The notes under the pieces are model-generated. The model ran no database searches. It worked only from the letters and a program-made list of their open reading frames with translations, and was not told the DNA's origin. From Octopus bimaculoides (lineage: Eukaryota): a stretch of DNA of 45,789 nt. Of this stretch, positions 23,274 through 36,593 are shown one piece after another. Location: NCBI RefSeq assembly GCF_001194135.2, contig NC_069000.1, forward strand, positions 1,256,166 to 1,301,954, read 5' to 3'. Positions within the stretch are counted from its first letter, which is position 1. Each line of letters starts with the position of its first letter. Made by a program: the position numbers and the translations under genes.

Positions 23274-25116
23274 TACATACATACATACATACATACATAC
23301 ATACATACATACATACATACATACTTACATGTATTTGTAGTGAATCAGTCTGAGACTTAGCCAAAGCTAAATAAATGCGTAAATGTTCCCATTATCAAAC
23401 ATACTTTGTACTGTTTCGGTGAAGATATGTATTCAGAGCGTATCTCGACTGCTTACTCTATAACTTTATATTTCATTTCAGAGACGTATGTGTTTGAGAA
23501 GAGATTTGATTGGAGACTGTGTGTTGAAAGTAAAACAATTACAGCACGACTGACATATATATATTAGCCATTTGAAAATGCACAAAGATTTTTAACTTAG
23601 CTTAAATTCTGTTTCAGTAGAATCGTGTCAGTGACCAGGTTGCAGTTGGTATGATGAAACATTTGACACCAAATAATGAATATTTAACCCTTTAGCATTC
23701 AGATTACTCTGTCAAATATAATACTTTATTCACATTGTTTTGAATGCGTTACTTTGAACCTTTGATAGTTTGATGAGGTGGTTGATCAAAGGCATTCCAA
23801 GCACGACCATCCTGTCATATTTCTTTTTCTAACTGAAGACAAACTCCGTTAGCCAATGCATCTTTTTAAAAAAACTTTTTTAAATATGACGGAATATGAT
23901 TTTACATATGATATAATATAATTTTACAAATTTTACAATAATATGATTTTACAAATTCTTTCAAATAAAACATTAAAAATACAAATTCTAACTTACAACA
24001 ATGTATTTCTTAATAGTATCAGCAGACAGCTGTGGCCATTTGCCTGGGGACATGATCCCTATGGGAGACACTATGACATATAGGAGTTAATGAAAGAGTC
24101 TCTACATGGTCACTTAACATGCTAAAAATAGCAGTCATATTCCTCTCAACTTTAAAAAGATTCATTTGATAATGTATTCCTAGATGGGAAGATCACAGAC
24201 TTTGAATATTTTTGTTACGATATTTCTGTTAAAATAAGGCGGCGAGCTGGTAGAAACGTCAGCACGCCAGTGAAATGCTTAGCGGTATTTCGTCTGCCAA
24301 TTCTGCCAGCTCACCGCCTTATACGAGAAGTTATATTTCTCAGAACTATAGCCTTATTTTCTTAAAGTAAATAATGGAAATTGAAATTAAAATGAACAAT
24401 AAATACACTAGCATTTTCCAAATGCTTAAGATTACTTAACAACAACAACAATGACAACGATGATGATGATGATGATGATGATATTAATCTATGTTATCAC
24501 TTGTTTAATTGTCTCCTTCATAATCAACTGGGTTGCTTAGATAAGAGAACATAACCTACTCACCTATCACCACAATACGTACACACACGCGTACACACAC
24601 ACATGCACACACACACACATGCACACACACACACACACACATGCACACACACACACACACACACAGAAGTTCCCACCAAATGAAATCAGTCTCTGTCAGT
24701 TTTGCTGTTGAGTATTCCAGTTGTTGAGTCAACTGAACTTCATAGCTATAAACTATTGTGGTTGAGTATTCCATAGACACCATGTGCCCTCAATGTAATC
24801 CACACACTGAATGAATATGACAACGCTGGACCTTTAGCTTACAAGTATAGAGCATCTAACAGGCTTCCACACAGTTTCCACCGACCCAATTTTTTTCACA
24901 ACACATGGATCAACTAATAGAATTTTACATTCAGCAAGGGGTAGCTGTGTGGTAAGAAGTTTGCTTTCTAACCACATGGTTCCAGGTTCAGTCCTAGTGC
25001 ATGGCACCTTGGATCGGTGTCTCTACTATAGCCTGGGGCCAACCAAAGCCTTGTAAGTAGATTGAGTAGATGGAAACTGAAAGAAGCCTGTCATATACAT
25101 ACATATATACAAGGGG

Positions 25117-25169
<53 letters not shown>

Positions 25170-25174
25170 GTACC

Positions 25175-25212
<38 letters not shown>

Positions 25213-25404
25213 TATCCTTTCCCTTTTAATGTGAAAACACTGAAGGATAATTGGGAAACTTCAAACTGTTTCATTAAGCCTATTGAAGCAAAAAACAAAC
25301 AGAATGACTCCAGCTCATGTCAGATGATTAGAAAGTAATAAATCTTATTAAGTGGAACAAATTTTACAGCATCAAACACTAAGGTGTTACTCAGAAAAAA
25401 AGTA

Positions 25405-25444
<40 letters not shown>

Positions 25445-25534
25445 AAGACATGTACCATATATATATTGATGTATGTGTGTGTGTGTGTGTATGTGTTTTT
25501 AATGTCATTTTGAGTTGTTGTTTTCATTTTCCAG

Positions 25535-25660
25535 AAATTAGTTTGTCGGGTGGGGATGGGTGTAAATATGGATGACGTGGTGGGGGAAGTGAAAGGGTCG
25601 GCAGTCCGTCTGTGTAAGAGTCTGAAAATGCAAAGATGTTCATGGCAGGGTGCTGCTTTG
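25535..25660 (+). other. Candidate 126-nt symmetric exon (KLVCRVGMGVNMDDVVGEVKGSAVRLCKSLKMQRCSWQGAAL)
   Basis: Acceptor TTGTTTTCATTTTCCAG and donor TTG|GTAAGA; open in phase 0. Non-repetitive and GC-richer than its flanks. No homology recognised. Confidence 0.3.
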
Positions 25661-28600
25661 GTAAGAGAAGTGTAGGGATTTGGCTGAGCTCAGAGGTCAA
25701 AGGGTGGGATTGCAGCTCTACAAATTAAGCTCTGAGATCCTTCACACTACGATACTGTTATTGTTTGTTGTTGTTGTTGTTGCCCTTTTAGTGATGATGA
25801 TGATGATAATGATGATGATGTGGTTTATTTTATATTGCCATAACTATTTCTGTGTTAATGTTGTTATTAATTTTATTGTATTTGTTGGAAGCAACATGTC
25901 AGCAGAAGCATTAACACATTGGACGAAATGTTCAGCAGTATTTCTTCTCGTTCTTTTCATTCAGAGTTCAAATTCCATCGATGTTGACTTTGCTTTTCAC
26001 CCTTTTGGGGTCAGTGAAACAAAGTAGATGATGATGATGATGGCAGTTGTATAGTTTTCTAATTGCCAAAGCTGTTCTCTTCTCTTGTAGCCTGTCTGAG
26101 CCCATGGGGTTGGGGTGGAGGAGGAACCCTCTCAGAAGAAGCACTTTGGCACCATCTGCCAATATATATACACTCTGTTGGCCGAGAAGGTTGGATGAGA
26201 AACAAATCCACCCCCAACAGGGTGTTCAAAGACATCTCAGTTCGGCTGCACCGGATGCCAGATAAAATGGCTGGAGTCACCCCCAGCTCTCTACCCCTTG
26301 GGCTCCATAAAGGCAGACCTCAGAAACATCGTCTATACACTGCCACTCTATTTATTAGAAATAACAGCTAAATCTCATGAAAATCACACTATACATCTAT
26401 TCTTGCTTATTACAGGTGTTTGGTTCCAAAAACAAACAAAAAAAAAGCTGTTAAATGAATCAATGATGAAGCAAAACTTTCTGTATTTGAACAGAAATAA
26501 ATTAAGGAAAACAATTCCTTCATTCATTCTGACTTACCTTATTGTTATTACCATCCTGTATCATCATCAATATCATCATCATCATGAATGTCGACAATGA
26601 CAATAGCAGCAATGATGATGATGATGATGATGATAAGTCAGAAGGAGAAACTTAGGTTCCTAATATCAATTTGAATCTTTTGGTAAGTACAGGGCATATT
26701 TGGTAAGTCTTCATGTTTCAGTCTTATGATGACCTCATCAGTAAGAGCCTAAACTTCACTCTACTTGCCAAAGTAGTGATAAGAGAATCATGAAGTAAAC
26801 ATGTAATAATGTCCATCAGTTTATATAGAAAGATAAAAATGTTTATGGCTTAAATTGCTTTTATATGTCATTTGGTTGGAAAAAACAAAACAAAAGTTCA
26901 GTTAGCAGTTTCATAATTAGCATCACAAAGCTAATTAGCCACCCTAATTGAGATATATGGATGATGTTGTACTGTGACCCATGGATGTGTCTGTCTGGCC
27001 AAAATTGGGTCAATCTTTATCAAGTTTAAAAATAATATTTACTGAGATTAAAAAAAAGATGAAAAGTCTGAGTATTTTTGGGGTTTTCTTTTTGTACAAA
27101 ACGCATGAAAAGTAATTAAAGAAAAACCAATTAATATCAAACTTGTAAATTGCTGATTACATAAACAGCAATAGGGTCTTGGTTTCCTTTATGAATAAAA
27201 ACAAAGAAATAAACCTTACTGTTTTTATCCAGATTAACAAATATATAACAAGAAGGGGCCAAGACCGAGGAAGCCTTAAACAACAACAACAAAAGGCACT
27301 GCAATTAGGGGAACGTACTAAAAGTTTAAAGTTATTTGACCTATAACGATATAAAAATATAAAAATATGATGAAAAGTCCCAAGTGTCTTCTACTGTAGC
27401 CTCGGGCCGACCAAAGCCTTGTGAGTAGATTTGGTAGACTGTGTCTAAATTAGAAAAAAAAAAAGGACTTTGTGTTTGATCAGAACTCAGCTCAATCAAG
27501 GCTGACATGAGACTAAACAACAACAAAAACAACAAACAAGTTTGCATTCACAGCTTTGTTACAATATTTCTGTTGAAATACATTGCATTTAATTCAAATA
27601 ATTTTGAAAATAATGCATAATTTAGTAAAATAACTTTTGTCATTATTAAGCTGGGGTTTCAAACATAAATTAACATGAAATTTTAATGAAGGGTTTTAAT
27701 TTCAATCCATTTGAAACAGGAAGTTTTTAACATGGAACCAGGAATGGTTTAAGAAGGGCTAAACTGATTAAAAGGTTTTCATTTGCATGTTAAATTAAAC
27801 ATGATTAAAAGATAGTTTCCCTCATTTAATTACACCAAACGCACACGCTCGTTTATATGACTGAGCAAATTACATATTGAACTACTCTCGCATTTATTTC
27901 AGTTTAATCCTAGCAGGAACCAGGCACCAGAACATTTTGGTGACGCTGCCTTGCAATCGTTTTATGGCTGAGCCAGGTTTGGGCTTTTCACTTCTCATTA
28001 TCTTTGAGAGAATGGAGTCAGATACCAACCATACAGGGTCAAATGCACACACACACACACACACACACATGCATGCACACACATACATGGGCTTAAGCTA
28101 ATGGGAGAAATAGCAGCTAAATGTCCATTGTGTCACATTCTGCTATAGTGAAGGATTTATTGGGCAATGTAACTCTAGATAGAGAAATAGATGTAATGGT
28201 CATGGCTGGAATGGCTAAAGGGTCTTTCGTTATTGATCTCCTGGATCAAGGCTGACCTCAGGCTCAACAACAACAACATTAAAGGCAACAACAGCAGCAC
28301 CACCACCACCACCAACAACAACAACAACTTCTACTACAATAACACCAACAGCAACAACACCACCAATTCCACAGTAAATCAAGATTTTGCAATTTACTTT
28401 GAAATCTGTTTTTGCAGATGGAAGGAAGCAATGGAATCGGGCAAATGACTGAGAAACGGTTTATTAGAACTTGGAGTTAAAGGTGAAAACATATTTATCC
28501 AATATTTCTATCTTAATAAGCCTCAAATACTGAAACGAAATATTTTAAGTTTCAAAATTAAAACAGATTTATATTTTAATTATTCATTTTTTTATTATAT

Positions 28601-28943
28601 ATATATTTTTTTTTTTTTTACAATTTTGGTTTATTATAGCTGCTAATAAGCTCATTAAAACTGCCAGAATGCTGAATAACATGCAGAAAGAAAAAAAATC
28701 AATTTTAAAGTATTTCATGTTTAGTAAGCCCTTATAAGGGAATGAAAACTATTTTAATCATAAAATTGTTTAAATATTTCAATTTTTATTTCATGATTAG
28801 ATTTTAATGAAGCTAAAATCTAAAATATTGAACTGCTAATATTTTCTTCGCATTATTTATCAACACAGTAAATTAGTGAGCTGGCATAGTCGTTAGCATT
28901 TAAGACAAAATGCTTAGCAGAAGTTGTTTCTGCTTAGTACATT

Positions 28944-29277
28944 CTACAGTTTTCACTTCCTCGTCATTGGAATAATGTTTGCCTCTCAAACCCTCTTTCA
29001 TGGCGCTGAAGAGATGATAGTCTGAAGACGCTAAATTTGGTGAGTGTGGAGGTAGTGAAGAAGTGGCTCAAAGAACAGTCAACAGAATTTTATGGGGCAG
29101 GGATACATGCTCTCATTCGAAGGTGGAACATTGCTATTGAAAGAAACGGTGAATATGGTGAGAAGTAGAGATGTGACCCACAGAGGACCAGCTTCCTTTT
29201 GATGTATGATACATGTTCCTGTGTTGGGAATTATACCTGTCCTAAACAAAATGGCATTACTTTTTGACTCAGCCTTG
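28944..29277 (+). mobile_element. mariner transposon 3' fragment with an inverted 5' segment, ending in a TIR-like end plus TA
   Basis: 28944-29052 on the minus strand reads PPHSPNLASSDYHLFSAMKEGLRGKHYSNDEEVKTV (YSPDLAPSDY-like mariner motif). 29052 onward on the plus strand reads VVKKWLKEQSTEFYGAGIHALIRRWNIAIERNGEYGEK*. Ends CATTACTTTTTGACTCAGCCTTG followed by TA. Confidence 0.88.
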
Positions 29278-29291
29278 TATATATATATATG

Positions 29292-29452
29292 ATGGGTTTC
29301 TTTCAGTTTCCGTCTACCAAATCCACTCACAAAGCTTTGGTTGGCCCGAGGCTATAGCAGAAGACACTTGCCCAAGGTGCCACGCAGTGGGACTGAACCA
29401 GGAACCATGTGGTCAGTAAGCAAGCTACTTACCACACAGCCACTCCTGCACC
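29292..29452 (-). mobile_element. tRNA-derived SINE, family A (best copy)
   Basis: Minus strand reads GGTGCAGGAGTGGCTGTGTGGTAAG (A-box-like) ... GGTTCAGTCCC (B-box-like) ... GGCACCTTGGGCAAGTGTC ... GGAAACTGAAAGAAACCC, with a (TA)n tail. Further copies at ~901-983(-), 3130-3290(+), 11036-11186(-), 11185-11322(-), 19060-19090(+), 21400-21470(-), 24932-25092(+), 27380-27440(-), 41170-41320(-), 43249-43376(+). Confidence 0.85.
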
Positions 29453-29528
29453 TATATATATATATATATATGTGTGTGTATGCATTCATATATACACATA
29501 TGCATATATATATATGTGTGTGTATATA

Positions 29529-29563
<35 letters not shown>

Positions 29564-30348
29564 GAATGAATGCATGCATTCATATGTATGTGTGTGTTTA
29601 AACTCGTTTTCATTGGTTGTGCTGCCTCTTTTCAAGGGAGAGAAGCCATGCAGGAAAATTTTATCCTGTTCTCTCTGTCTCTCTCTCTTCCAGTCATAAA
29701 ATGATTTACAAACCAATATATGTTTCTGTCTATTTTTAAAATTATAATTTTTAATTCAATTTCAGCATGTAATCTCTCTATTCACAGAGCAGCTCTGTTT
29801 CACAAATACCATTCCCTTCGATGGTTTGAAATGTTTCACAGACTTAACTGCATTATATAGGAGTTAATGACTTCATAAGACTAGATAAGAAGACTTGAAA
29901 AATTGATTAATTTCTTGACTTGGAGACGGAAATAAAAGTAGCCTAAAAATATTTATAAATATTGATAAAGTTTTTGGCTCATTTTGAATCAAGTAGAAAG
30001 TTAGATTTTTCAAATATTTTGAAAATTGACAGCAGACATTAAATGATTATAATGATGATGATAGTGGTGGTGGTGGTGGTAATGATGACGACAATGATGA
30101 TGACATTGGTGATGGTAATGATGATGATGATTATATCTGTAAGTCAGAGATTGGTTCTGAAGCACCAGACACGGATTTCAGAAGTATTTCGTTTCACTTC
30201 CTTGGGAAAATTTGAACATATTTCATACTTGTATGTAAATAAACTAAGAAAAATGATACCTTCAATATTTCTTTTAATATTAGCAAGGGTACAAGGTCGA
30301 CTTTGCATTTCATCCTTTCGGATTCGATAAATTAAGTACCAGTTGTGT

Positions 30349-31229
30349 AGAATCAACCAAGCTAAAACCAGAGTCTTAATAAGTAGGAAGGCAGACAAAC
30401 CACAGACCCCTTCAGGTAGATGGCCCTGCTCGATCTGTAGAAAAGATGTAGGTAGAAACTCCATACAATGTACCTAGTGTAAGCTCTGGACACATAAGAG
30501 ATGCAGCAATATTAAAGGAATGCTAACTAGGAAGATAGTTTTTGTATGTGGCAGATGCTCAGGAGCAATAAACACTGAAAATGTGAAGAGAAAAACTAGA
30601 AGTAGTTGATAGCTTCCATTACCTAGGTGACTAAGTTAGTAGTGGGGGTGGATCCTCTGAAAGTGTAGCTGCTAGAATAAGAATAGCCTGGGAAAAGTTC
30701 AGAGAGCTCCTACCTCTGCTGGTGACAAAGGGCCTCTCGCTCAGAGTAACAGGTAGATTGTATGACGCATGTGTGTGAACAGCCATGCTACATGGCAGTG
30801 AAACATGGGCTGTAACTGCTGAGGACATGCGTAAGCTTGCAAGGAATGAAGCCAGTATACTCCGCTGGATGTGTAATGTAAGTGTGCATACATGACAGAG
30901 TGTAAGTACCTTGAGAGAAAAGTTGGACTTAAGAAGCATCAGATGTGGTGTGCAAGAGAGATGATTGCACTGGTATGGTCACTTGGCGAGAATGGATGAG
31001 GATAGCTGTGTGAAAAAGTGTCACACCCTAGAGGTAGACCCAGAAAGACCTGGGATGAGGTGGTGAAGTACGACCTTCAAATATTGGGCCTCACCGAGAC
31101 TTTGGAGATATACTGTGCTTGAGAAGACCTGGCAAGCCAAGTGAGACCATAATTCTGTGGCCTCTGCCAGAAGTGTAGCCAGCCCATTTAAGGGTACCCT
31201 TCAATCATTGGAGAATAAATTACGCTTGC
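30349..31229 (+). mobile_element. RTE-clade LINE, 5'-truncated and decayed (end of RT, PHD finger, C-terminus, 3' UTR)
   Basis: Translates as RINQAKTRVL...CSICRKDVGRNSIQCT*CKLWTHKRC...VCGRC, then (frameshift) KLEVVDSFHYLGD*...RIRIAWEKFRELLPLL...LYDACV*TAMLHGSETWAVT...ER*LHWYGHLARMDE. YLG, GSETW and WYGH are RTE ORF2 motifs. Five in-frame stops and at least one frameshift. Confidence 0.92.
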
Positions 31230-31277
31230 ATATATATATGTATATGTACGTATATATATATATATATACACACGTGC

Positions 31278-31314
<37 letters not shown>

Positions 31315-31580
31315 CATACATATGTATATATGTACATGTACATATACATCAATATATATACACATGTATATATATATATATATATACATGTACATATATA
31401 TATACATATGTATATATATGTACATATATATACGTACATGTACATATATATATATATATGTGTGTACATGTATGTATATATATGTACATATACACACACG
31501 CACATATATATACATGTATATATACATATACACACATATATACACACACATTCTTTCATAGATAGATAGATAGATAGATA
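31230..31580. repeat. Compound (TA/TG/CA)n microsatellite, ending in (GATA)n
   Basis: Direct. It is representative of dozens of (TA)n, (CA)n, (GA)n, (CAT)n, (ATT)n and (GTT)n arrays across the window, e.g. 1-125, 6575-6695, 8628-8725, 13640-13720, 14425-14660, 16765-16865, 23150-23325. Confidence 0.97.
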
Positions 31581-32017
31581 TATAATCTATAAATCCTGCT
31601 ATATACATTCATACACATCTATAATCTTCACACAAATGTAGAAATCAATCGCTACATACAGAAAAGTGACAAACCGTTTAAAAATTTCATGAGAAGAAAT
31701 CTATGAACTTTGATTGTTAAATAATGCCGATCAGATGGAACGAATGTTAATACAGTTACATGAACAGCACCACATTAAAAATATGTTTTCTGTGACTTTG
31801 TATGTAATTAAGTAATCTTTATTAGCGTTTAATTATACACACTGAATATACACGTATATATATATTATATAGCATTAGAAAACACGTGTGAATTCTTCTT
31901 TCTTTCGATGAGCGTGAGTATAGATGCCTGTATAAGTAAACAGAGGCTTTAGATTATTTCTCTTATTTCTAAACAGTTTCCCGTGTTGTATTTTGATGTT
32001 TCAATATATACACACAT

Positions 32018-32101
<84 letters not shown>

Positions 32102-32120
32102 TGTGTATAATAAACTTTTG

Positions 32121-32155
<35 letters not shown>

Positions 32156-32728
32156 GGTGGCAAAAAAAATCGCAGCTGTGTGAAATAGATAAGGAAAGAG
32201 AAAAAGAAGAGACATTTCCTTATAATCTAACGAAATAAATGTATAAAATAGACAGATGCCGATGTTTGTTGTAAACAAAAAGGAATAAAAAAAAAGCCAC
32301 CCCCTCCGTTCCTCAAAACAAAAAAAAAAGCAGGAAAAAATAAAGGAAAAGTAGAAAAAAAAAACGCTGATCGTCTCAGCTTCTTCATCCCTAATAAAGG
32401 AGTTAGGCTCAGTTCGAAACCACGTTTGTTATGAAACATGTTAAATATCAGTGGTGGTGGTGGCGGCGGTGCATTATGTAGTATCGCCGCACGCACACAC
32501 ATATATATACATATATATGTAAACATATGTACATACATATACAGATATAGAGAGACGCAGGGCAAGACATATGCACGCAGGAACGAACGCACGCATTCAC
32601 GCGAACGCGCAAATACACATACGCACATGCATTGAAACTGACACACGCACACTCAGTCACTCACTCGATTGAGAACATTCACATCTCTAATGGTTGTGAT
32701 GAAGGGAGGGGAGAGATCCGGGTAGCGG

Positions 32729-32739
32729 GCGCATGCGCA
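32729..32739. promoter_or_regulatory. NRF1-type palindrome (GCGCATGCGCA) in a CpG-rich, promoter-like stretch
   Basis: Matches the YGCGCATGCGCR consensus in non-repetitive context, with CCGCCATT (YY1-like) ~45 nt downstream. It lies at the edge of the CpG-retaining domain. Motif match only. Confidence 0.4.
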
Positions 32740-33308
32740 CTGCTGTCAAACTGGGACTTAGTCTCGTTACATTGTCCTAGCTCCGCCATTAAACCTGAAC
32801 AGTTGTTCATTACAAAACGTCGGAGAGAGAAGAAAATTTCCGTGAATGATGGACGGCTTCAGCTTCGATCAGGCCATCGGTGCCAAATCGGTTAGTAAAT
32901 CCCTCTAATAATCACTAAAATCAGTTCCGATCGGCGATCGGAGCTCGTTAAATAGCCTGTTATGTCCTGTTGGCGAGCGACAAACAAAGGCTGTAAATTT
33001 GACTATGTTAAAAATGGCTGAAAAATTTTCTAAGTCCCACTGAAGAAAGAGAGAGACAAGCTCGCTTCTCTCTCTCTCTAACCGTCTCTCTTTTTACCAC
33101 AACGAACACAGTAGACTTGCAACTGATTCGCTTGGATTTTCTTGATTCCAGAAAATAGAAAAAAAAAGCATAGATCGTTTTTTTTTTTTTAGAGGATAAA
33201 AGAAAATTGCGAGAAAGCAAATTGTGTAGTCTTAATAGTTTAATTTCAAACCGATGATTTGTCTCCACTTCCAGCTGGAATTGATTCTGTTGGTGTGTGT
33301 GTGTGTGT

Positions 33309-33346
<38 letters not shown>

Positions 33347-33995
33347 ATGTATATATATATATGTGTGTGTATTTATATATACTTCTGTTATATGTTTATA
33401 TGTGTGTAATCGTGAAATCGGTGTTTTCTACAACATGACTGTTGTAACCTTCATCTATCTATCTATCTGTATATCAATCTATATATATATATGTGTGTGT
33501 GTGCATACAAATACACACGTACTTGTATCGGTGTTTATATCTTCATCATCAATGTCTCTTATTATGTTCACACGAAACTGTCTACTTAAGGAATCAGACA
33601 GGGACATAAAAGAGAGAGAGAGAGTCAACCACTCAATCACACACATTGTAATAGAGAGGAGACACCACCACCAACAACAACAGCAACACTAACTCAGCTA
33701 CGTGGAAGATATTTCTCCTTAATTACATTTTTTTAGACAATTGAAAAAAGAAAATCGCACTTGGCTCCCCCCTCACACGCAGCTTCTCTTATTTTCTCTT
33801 CAAATATTCTCTTCTTCTATATTCTTCTCTTTGTATCTTATTTAATAAATTATACGATCTGTTAAGGCCCCAGGAAAAGCATGATCGTCGAGCACTTTAT
33901 TCTCGCTCTTTCTCTTTTTCATTCCTTATCCGTAATAAAACTGTTATTCCCTCACATTATGATCTCAATGCCTCTCTTTCTTTCTTCTTTCGTAG

Positions 33996-34026
33996 GATTC
34001 TCATTCATCAGTGAAATCGTCGAACG
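33996..34026 (+). other. Candidate 31-nt internal exon
   Basis: Long pyrimidine tract CCTCTCTTTCTTTCTTCTTTCGTAG and donor ACG|GTAAGC. Two frames are open (DSHSSVKSSN or GFSFISEIVER). No homology recognised. Confidence 0.4.
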
Positions 34027-34139
34027 GTAAGCGAACAATTAAGCCATTTAATAAAGTAGATGTTTCTTTAATTGGTTAATATTTTCGGTGCCATATCTTT
34101 TTTTACGGATGTATGGAATACACACAGATCATCATCATC

Positions 34140-34184
<45 letters not shown>

Positions 34185-35701
34185 GTATATATATAATCTG
34201 TGTATTATGTACTAACAGTGGAAAGATAGGAAAGAATTATAAATAATCCTGTGTTTAACTTTAGAATATACAATCTTTTTTTTTTCTTCCTAAAACAACC
34301 TATTCCTCTTGTTATTTCCGTGCATAAACTAGTGTATATAATCAATTATACATACATTTATGTAAAGCCTTTTACTTTTCTGTCTTCTTTCTTCTTCACA
34401 TGTAAATATCTTTCTTTCTCTAATAGTGTGTATAATAATGATCTGTTACCATTCATACATACATATATATATGTGTGTGTGTGTGTATACGTTATTCTTC
34501 TACCTTTCTGTCTCCCTAATCTCATCCTCTCTGTGCACTTCCTTCCTTTCTCTCTGTGTCTCTTTACTTCTCTGTCCCTCCCTCTTGTTGTCTTTCTGTC
34601 TTTCTCGATGTACGCCGCATTGTTTCAACTCCTCTCTCTTTCATCCTCTCCCATTCCCTCTGCCTTTCCCCCCTCTATTCCTCTTACTGACTTCCCTCTC
34701 TAGTATTCTTGCCTTCACTTCCTCTTTCTACTTCTCCCTTGTTTCTCGCTTTCTTTTCTTCTTCTTGTGTCATTGCTTCCTTCAATGTTTTCTGTCTCTT
34801 TCACTCTCCTCCACCTTCCTCATTTAACATTACTATCTCTCCTCCCTCTATCTCTCTATTTCACTCTCTCCTTCTCTTACTACTTCTTCTTTCTCCTCAT
34901 CAGTACATTTTTTAAACTCTTATCTCTCCCTCTCTGTGTGTATATATATATATATATATTCGGCATCGATGAAGGATGTCTGTGTGTTTCACCCCCTCCT
35001 CTCTAATTCTATCGTTCTGCCGGTGAATCTTTTCGCGACTCTTTAACCGTTCCAGGACTGTTCCCGGGAAGGAGGACCGTTCTTTATTTCAAAAGAACCG
35101 AGCGAAAGTATTGAGCCTCGCCGTTCCACTCTGTAGGCTTTACCTATTACACACATGCAATTTATATATAATGTGCTTATCATGTCTTACCTATATCTAT
35201 GCATGAGATTTCAGCCTTATTTTTGTTGTAATTGCTTTTTTCTTCTTCTTTACAATTAAGTTTTGTTGTGAGTGTGGCTNNNNNNNNNNNNNNNNNNNNN
35301 NNNNNNNNNNNNNNNNNNNNNNNNNNNNNNNNNNNNNNNNNNNNNNNNNNNNNNNNNNNNNNNNNNNNNNNNNNNNNNNNNNNNNNNNNNNNNNNNNNNN
35401 NNNNNNNNNNNNNNNNNNNNNNNNNNNNNNNNNNNNNNNNNNNNNNNNNNNNNNNNNNNNNNNNNNNNNNNNNNNNNNNNNNNNNNNNNNNNNNNNNNNN
35501 NNNNNNNNNNNNNNNNNNNNNNNNNNNNNNNNNNNNNNNNNNNNNNNNNNNNNNNNNNNNNNNNNNNNNNNNNNNNNNNNNNNNNNNNNNNNNNNNNNNN
35601 NNNNNNNNNNNNNNNNNNNNNNNNNNNNNNNNNNNNNNNNNNNNNNNNNNNNNNNNNNNNNNNNNNNNNNNNNNNNNNNNNNNNNNNNNNNNNNNNNNNN
35701 N

Positions 35702-35733
<32 letters not shown>

Positions 35734-36465
35734 ACACACACTATATGTACATACGTACACAGTATATATATATAGGTACACCAGACACGTCCGTTCCGTT
35801 GTCGGGGCACCTTGCCGAGATCACCCAATTCGTTGTCTGTATTTATTTGTGGATATACTTCGTAAATGCATATTTGGTGAAGTTGATCAAACAAACCTTC
35901 AAATCGGGGGGTGACATCGTGCCCACTTTCCCAGCTTTCCTTAGCTCCCGTTCCCCCCCTCCCTTTCGACGTCTTTACCTTTCCTCCTCTTCCTCAACCC
36001 CTCTTTGTCAATTCGATGAAGTGTCTCTGGTTCTCTCTCTCGGTGCGGTTACATGAAGTGGCGTCGATCGGTGCGTGAGTGAGTGGAGCCGAGTCAGATG
36101 TACGTAAGACAGAGAAGCGAAGAAGGAAGTGGTGAGGGGTGGGGGGCAGGAGAGGAACAAAAATGAGGTACCTCGGTAGTAAAACGCTTCACCCACTGAC
36201 TCTTTGCTCCGTTCGAAATCGGCGATGTTGCTTCAGTGCAGATTTAGCGTTAGAGATGGTTGTACGGAAGAAGAAAGTTAATGATGCCGGGGTGAAGAGA
36301 AATTAGAAGTAGTAGTAGTAGTAGTAGTCCTTTCTTGTATAGGCACAAGGCCTGGAATTTTGTTGGTCAGGGAGCTAGTCGATTACATTGACTTCTGCGG
36401 GCGCCTGACACGTGTGTATGCATGTATATATGTGTGTCTGTGTGGTGTGTATGAATATATGTATA

Positions 36466-36523
<58 letters not shown>

Positions 36524-36558
36524 CAGCAAGGGGCAAGCCATTTGCTAGAGAGGCCATA

Positions 36559-36593
<35 letters not shown>

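Noticed and set aside
23684-23745. TTAA-CCCTTT start suggesting a piggyBac-type end (related AT-rich remnant at ~27553-27750)
   Set aside because: No matching opposite terminus found in the window.
26640-26710. Two adjacent perfect GTAAGT donors
   Set aside because: No credible upstream acceptor; expected by chance at this frequency.
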